From assembly GCA_036396115.1 (NCBI GenBank), contig DASWLN010000038.1, positions 1 to 47,429 on the forward strand: DNA of 47,429 bases, written 5' to 3'. Positions 44,960 through 47,429 of the stretch are shown here, piece after piece. Source of the stretch: Candidatus Zixiibacteriota bacterium (GTDB lineage Bacteria > Zixibacteria > MSB-5A5 > DASWLN01). The notes beneath the pieces are model-generated. The model saw only the letters and a program-made list of their open reading frames with translations. It made no database searches and was not told where the DNA came from. How positions within the stretch are numbered: position 1 is the first letter of the stretch; each line of letters starts with the position of its first letter. The translations under genes were made by a program, and so were the position numbers.

Positions 44960-45442
44960 TTACCAGGATTTGACTGTGCGGTTTATGATATCCTCAACCA
45001 GTTTCTCAACCGCCCTTTCTTTTCCCTGGCTTTCCTCCTCTGTCACCGAATAGACCCCCCAACCCTTCATATTCTCTTCCCATAAGTTCTTCTTTTTGTT
45101 CTTATCTTCCAGCCAGACCTTGACGTAGATCTCCGAGATATACTCCTTTATGTTTTCCTGCTCATCATAAGTATAGGCCCTACGTTGATATTTGGTGATA
45201 GTTCCGTACAGAATGGCATCTGCCTCTTTCTCGTTTAGAACTTTTAAGACGTGATTCTGCACAAAACCATCCACCACTTTTTCAGTTATACTTTCGCTCA
45301 AGCCATATTCCGCGGTCTGATTCTCAAAAGGTGGTATGGCAATGGAGTTCACTCCGGGAAGGGAGGTGCCGTGAAAGGAGTAAGGCCCACAGCTGATAGC
45401 TAGTAGTAAAACCGGAAATAAGACATATTTAATTGTTTTCAT
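44960..45442 (-). CDS. LptE family lipoprotein (Bacteroidota-type)
   Basis: Lipobox LAISC-G, then YSF.G......SIAIPPFENQT and DAILYGTITKY. Start may be 45442 or 45454. Confidence 0.75.
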   Translation of the reverse strand: MKTIKYVLFPVLLLAISCGPYSFHGTSLPGVNSIAIPPFENQTAEYGLSESITEKVVDGFVQNHVLKVLNEKEADAILYGTITKYQRRAYTYDEQENIKEYISEIYVKVWLEDKNKKKNLWEENMKGWGVYSVTEEESQGKERAVEKLVEDIINRTVKSW

Positions 45443-45513
45443 TTTCCTCTCCACATTTCAAAATTTACTTCTCCTGTATGCTCTATTACGAGGTTCCTCC
45501 TTTTGTACGCTAT

Positions 45514-45848
45514 TGTCATTCCCGCCCCGCATTTCTGCGGGGTAAACTCCAGCGGGAATCCAGAAACAGATGAAACCGAAACTCCAGCAATAACAAAAAC
45601 TGGATTCCGCCCTAACTACTGGGTTTTCAACATCAAGTGCGGAATGACGTACTGTGTGTTTCCGTAGGGATGGGAATTTATGGTTCGACTTTGCTCACCA
45701 TCCTGAGCCTGTCGAAGGATCCCATCCCGCGTAGGCGACATTCGCGAATGTCGCCTACAATAGATTTTATGTAGGGGTTGGATTTATCTTGCCTGTGGCG
45801 GGATTTATCCGACCTAACCCCCAGCGGGCTTGATGAATCAAGCCCCTA
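45514..45848. repeat. Cluster of CGTC- and GTAG-type palindromic repeats
   Basis: GTCATTCCCGCC..GCGGGAATCCAG; GTTCGACTTTGCTCACCATCCTGAGCCTGTCGAAGG; perfect palindrome at 45731-45758 identical to 39300-39327; 17-bp insert at 45787-45803. Confidence 0.85.
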
Positions 45849-47105
45849 CAAATTCAAAACTTTACCATTCTTTATGATTTTTTCGACCAGATTTATCCCA
45901 TAATGATATGGAATCTCTTTATAGTTCTTTACCTCCCATATAACCAAATCCGCTTTTTTGCCAGGCTCTATGCTTCCAATTTGATTTTCCATATTCAAAG
46001 CATAAGCCGGATTTATGGTTGAGGCAACAATTGCCTCAGCTGGGGTCAGTTTCATCATAAGGCAGGATAAGCTCATCATCATAGGCATTGATTCACTCAT
46101 TGAGCTTCCGGGGTTGAAGTCAGTTGAGATAGCAATGGGCAAGTTATTTTCTATCATCTTTCTGGCAGGGGCGTATTTTTTCAAGCCCAAGCCAAAGGTT
46201 GCTCCGGGAAGAAGGACTCCAATCACACCTCTTTTTTTCAAAAGCTTTATATCGGTTAGAGTAACATTTTCCAGATGGTCAGCACAGATAGCACCAATTT
46301 GTGATGCCAATTTCGCTCCTCCAAAATGGGAGAGTTGCTCTGCGTGAAGCTTTGGCACAAGACCATATTTTTTTGCAGCCAGAAGTATCTTTTTTGAATC
46401 TTTAGTATCGAATACCCCTTTTTCGCAGAAGATATCGCAGAATTTTGCCAATCTTCTTTTTGCTACCAGATGTATCATTTCCTCTATGAGAAGCCTAATA
46501 TAACCTTCTTTGTTATCCTTATATTCCTCTGGAATCTCGTGCGCCCCCAGAAAAGTCGGGACTAAATCGATTGGATGAATTCTATTCAGTTGCCTTATTA
46601 CTTCCAATATCTTTATTTCATCTTTCAAAGAAAGCCCGTATCCGCTTTTTGCTTCGATAGTAGTTGTTCCGTAAGATAAGAATCTATCCAATCTCGGAAT
46701 GGCAAGTTTTATCAATTCTTCTTTGCTTAATTTTCTCACTTTTCTTACAGACGATTTTATCCCTCCACCAGCTCGGGCGATTTCCTCGTAAGTTTTTCCT
46801 TTTATCCTAAGCTCGAATTCCTCCTCTCTGGTATTAGCAAAGATTGGATGGGTGTGGCAATCGACCAAACCCGGAGTTACAACTCTATTTTTAGCATCTA
46901 CGATTTTTGTATTTTTCCCGACTTTAATTTTGGATAACACTTTATCTGTTTTCCCGAGTGAGATGATTCTATTTCCCTTGATGGTAACTGTTCCGTTTTC
47001 AATAATGCCCAATTCCTGCATATTTTTTCCGGCGCGGGGACCTCTTTTGGAAGAACGGAGAGTTAGAAGCTGTCCGACGTTTTTTATGATTAAATCAGCT
47101 ATCAT
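45846..47105 (-). CDS. hutI: Imidazolonepropionase
   Basis: PGLVDCHTHPIFA, GGGIKSSV, YGTTTIEAKSGYGL, FLGAH, LHAEQL, ADHLE, STDFNPGSS. Confidence 0.96.
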   Translation of the reverse strand: MIADLIIKNVGQLLTLRSSKRGPRAGKNMQELGIIENGTVTIKGNRIISLGKTDKVLSKIKVGKNTKIVDAKNRVVTPGLVDCHTHPIFANTREEEFELRIKGKTYEEIARAGGGIKSSVRKVRKLSKEELIKLAIPRLDRFLSYGTTTIEAKSGYGLSLKDEIKILEVIRQLNRIHPIDLVPTFLGAHEIPEEYKDNKEGYIRLLIEEMIHLVAKRRLAKFCDIFCEKGVFDTKDSKKILLAAKKYGLVPKLHAEQLSHFGGAKLASQIGAICADHLENVTLTDIKLLKKRGVIGVLLPGATFGLGLKKYAPARKMIENNLPIAISTDFNPGSSMSESMPMMMSLSCLMMKLTPAEAIVASTINPAYALNMENQIGSIEPGKKADLVIWEVKNYKEIPYHYGINLVEKIIKNGKVLNL

Positions 47106-47120
47106 ATTTCAGATGTTTTC

Positions 47121-47398
47121 AGATTGCTTCGTCGTCCTGTCCCGCCTGTGGCGGGAGACTCCTCGCAATGACAGCACAAAATGAATGTCATTGCGAGTCC
47201 CCGCAGGGGGCGAAGCAATCTATTAAATTATTGGGTTTTTCAATCCAATAGTAATTCTCTGTCAGGTCAGCCTGCCCGTTTCTCCCCGCTCAACCCAATG
47301 GCCAGGGGGGACCTGACGAGCACAGAACGTCATTCCCGCCCCCGTAGGGGATAGACTCCAGCGGTATGAGCCAGAACGGTTCATACCAGCGGGAATCT
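47121..47398. repeat. Cluster of CGTC-type palindromic repeats with nested micro-inserts
   Basis: AGATTGCTTCG..CTCGCAATGAC / GTCATTGCGAG..CGAAGCAATCT pair; 17-bp insert at 47140-47156; 23-bp insert at 47364-47386. Confidence 0.85.
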
Positions 47399-47429
47399 CT
47401 ATGCCTTTGTAAAACAAATGGATTCCTGC

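Noticed and set aside
3423-45719. GGTTCGA motifs resembling tRNA T-loops (3423, 31214, 45682)
   Set aside because: No cloverleaf, acceptor stem or anticodon arm. All three belong to one dispersed repeat (GTTCGAC..CTCAC..CCTGAG..GTCGAAGG).
810-47184. Numerous 60-160-aa ORFs antisense or out of frame within well-supported genes
   Set aside because: These are shadow ORFs with no motifs or RBS; the overlapping gene has clear family signatures.

Overview
47.4-kb bacterial chromosomal window, AT-rich and gene-dense. The PorV/PorQ-like barrels, YPNPF/FlgD-type C-terminal sorting domains and Bacteroidota-type LptE point to an FCB-superphylum organism outside the classical Bacteroidota; a Zixibacteria-like lineage is my inference, not a database result. 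Housekeeping genes include thiL, tsaD, ssb, GT2/wecA glycosyltransferases, accA, mreC-mreD-mrdA-rodA, lgt, mutM, nadA, etfBA with a membrane Fe-S/CCG oxidoreductase, pcrA, wrbA, comM and hutI. Two things stand out. (1) A self-contained operon (10088-15203) encodes two paralogous secreted proteins with C-terminal sorting domains and many D-(S/T)-hydrophobic motifs, plus their own PorV-like barrel. It is a candidate two-protein glycosylated S-layer or surface system. (2) Many intergenic gaps hold nested palindromic repeats. These include a DUF559 endonuclease gene bounded by 35-bp hairpin-bearing inverted repeats, non-coding copies of those ends, and 23-bp and 17-bp micro-palindromes inserted into other repeats with 4-5-bp target duplications, several with matching empty sites in the same window. 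Repeat-derived sequence is also inserted in frame inside thiL and two other genes. comF carries an in-frame TAA. No tRNA, rRNA or CRISPR array was found.
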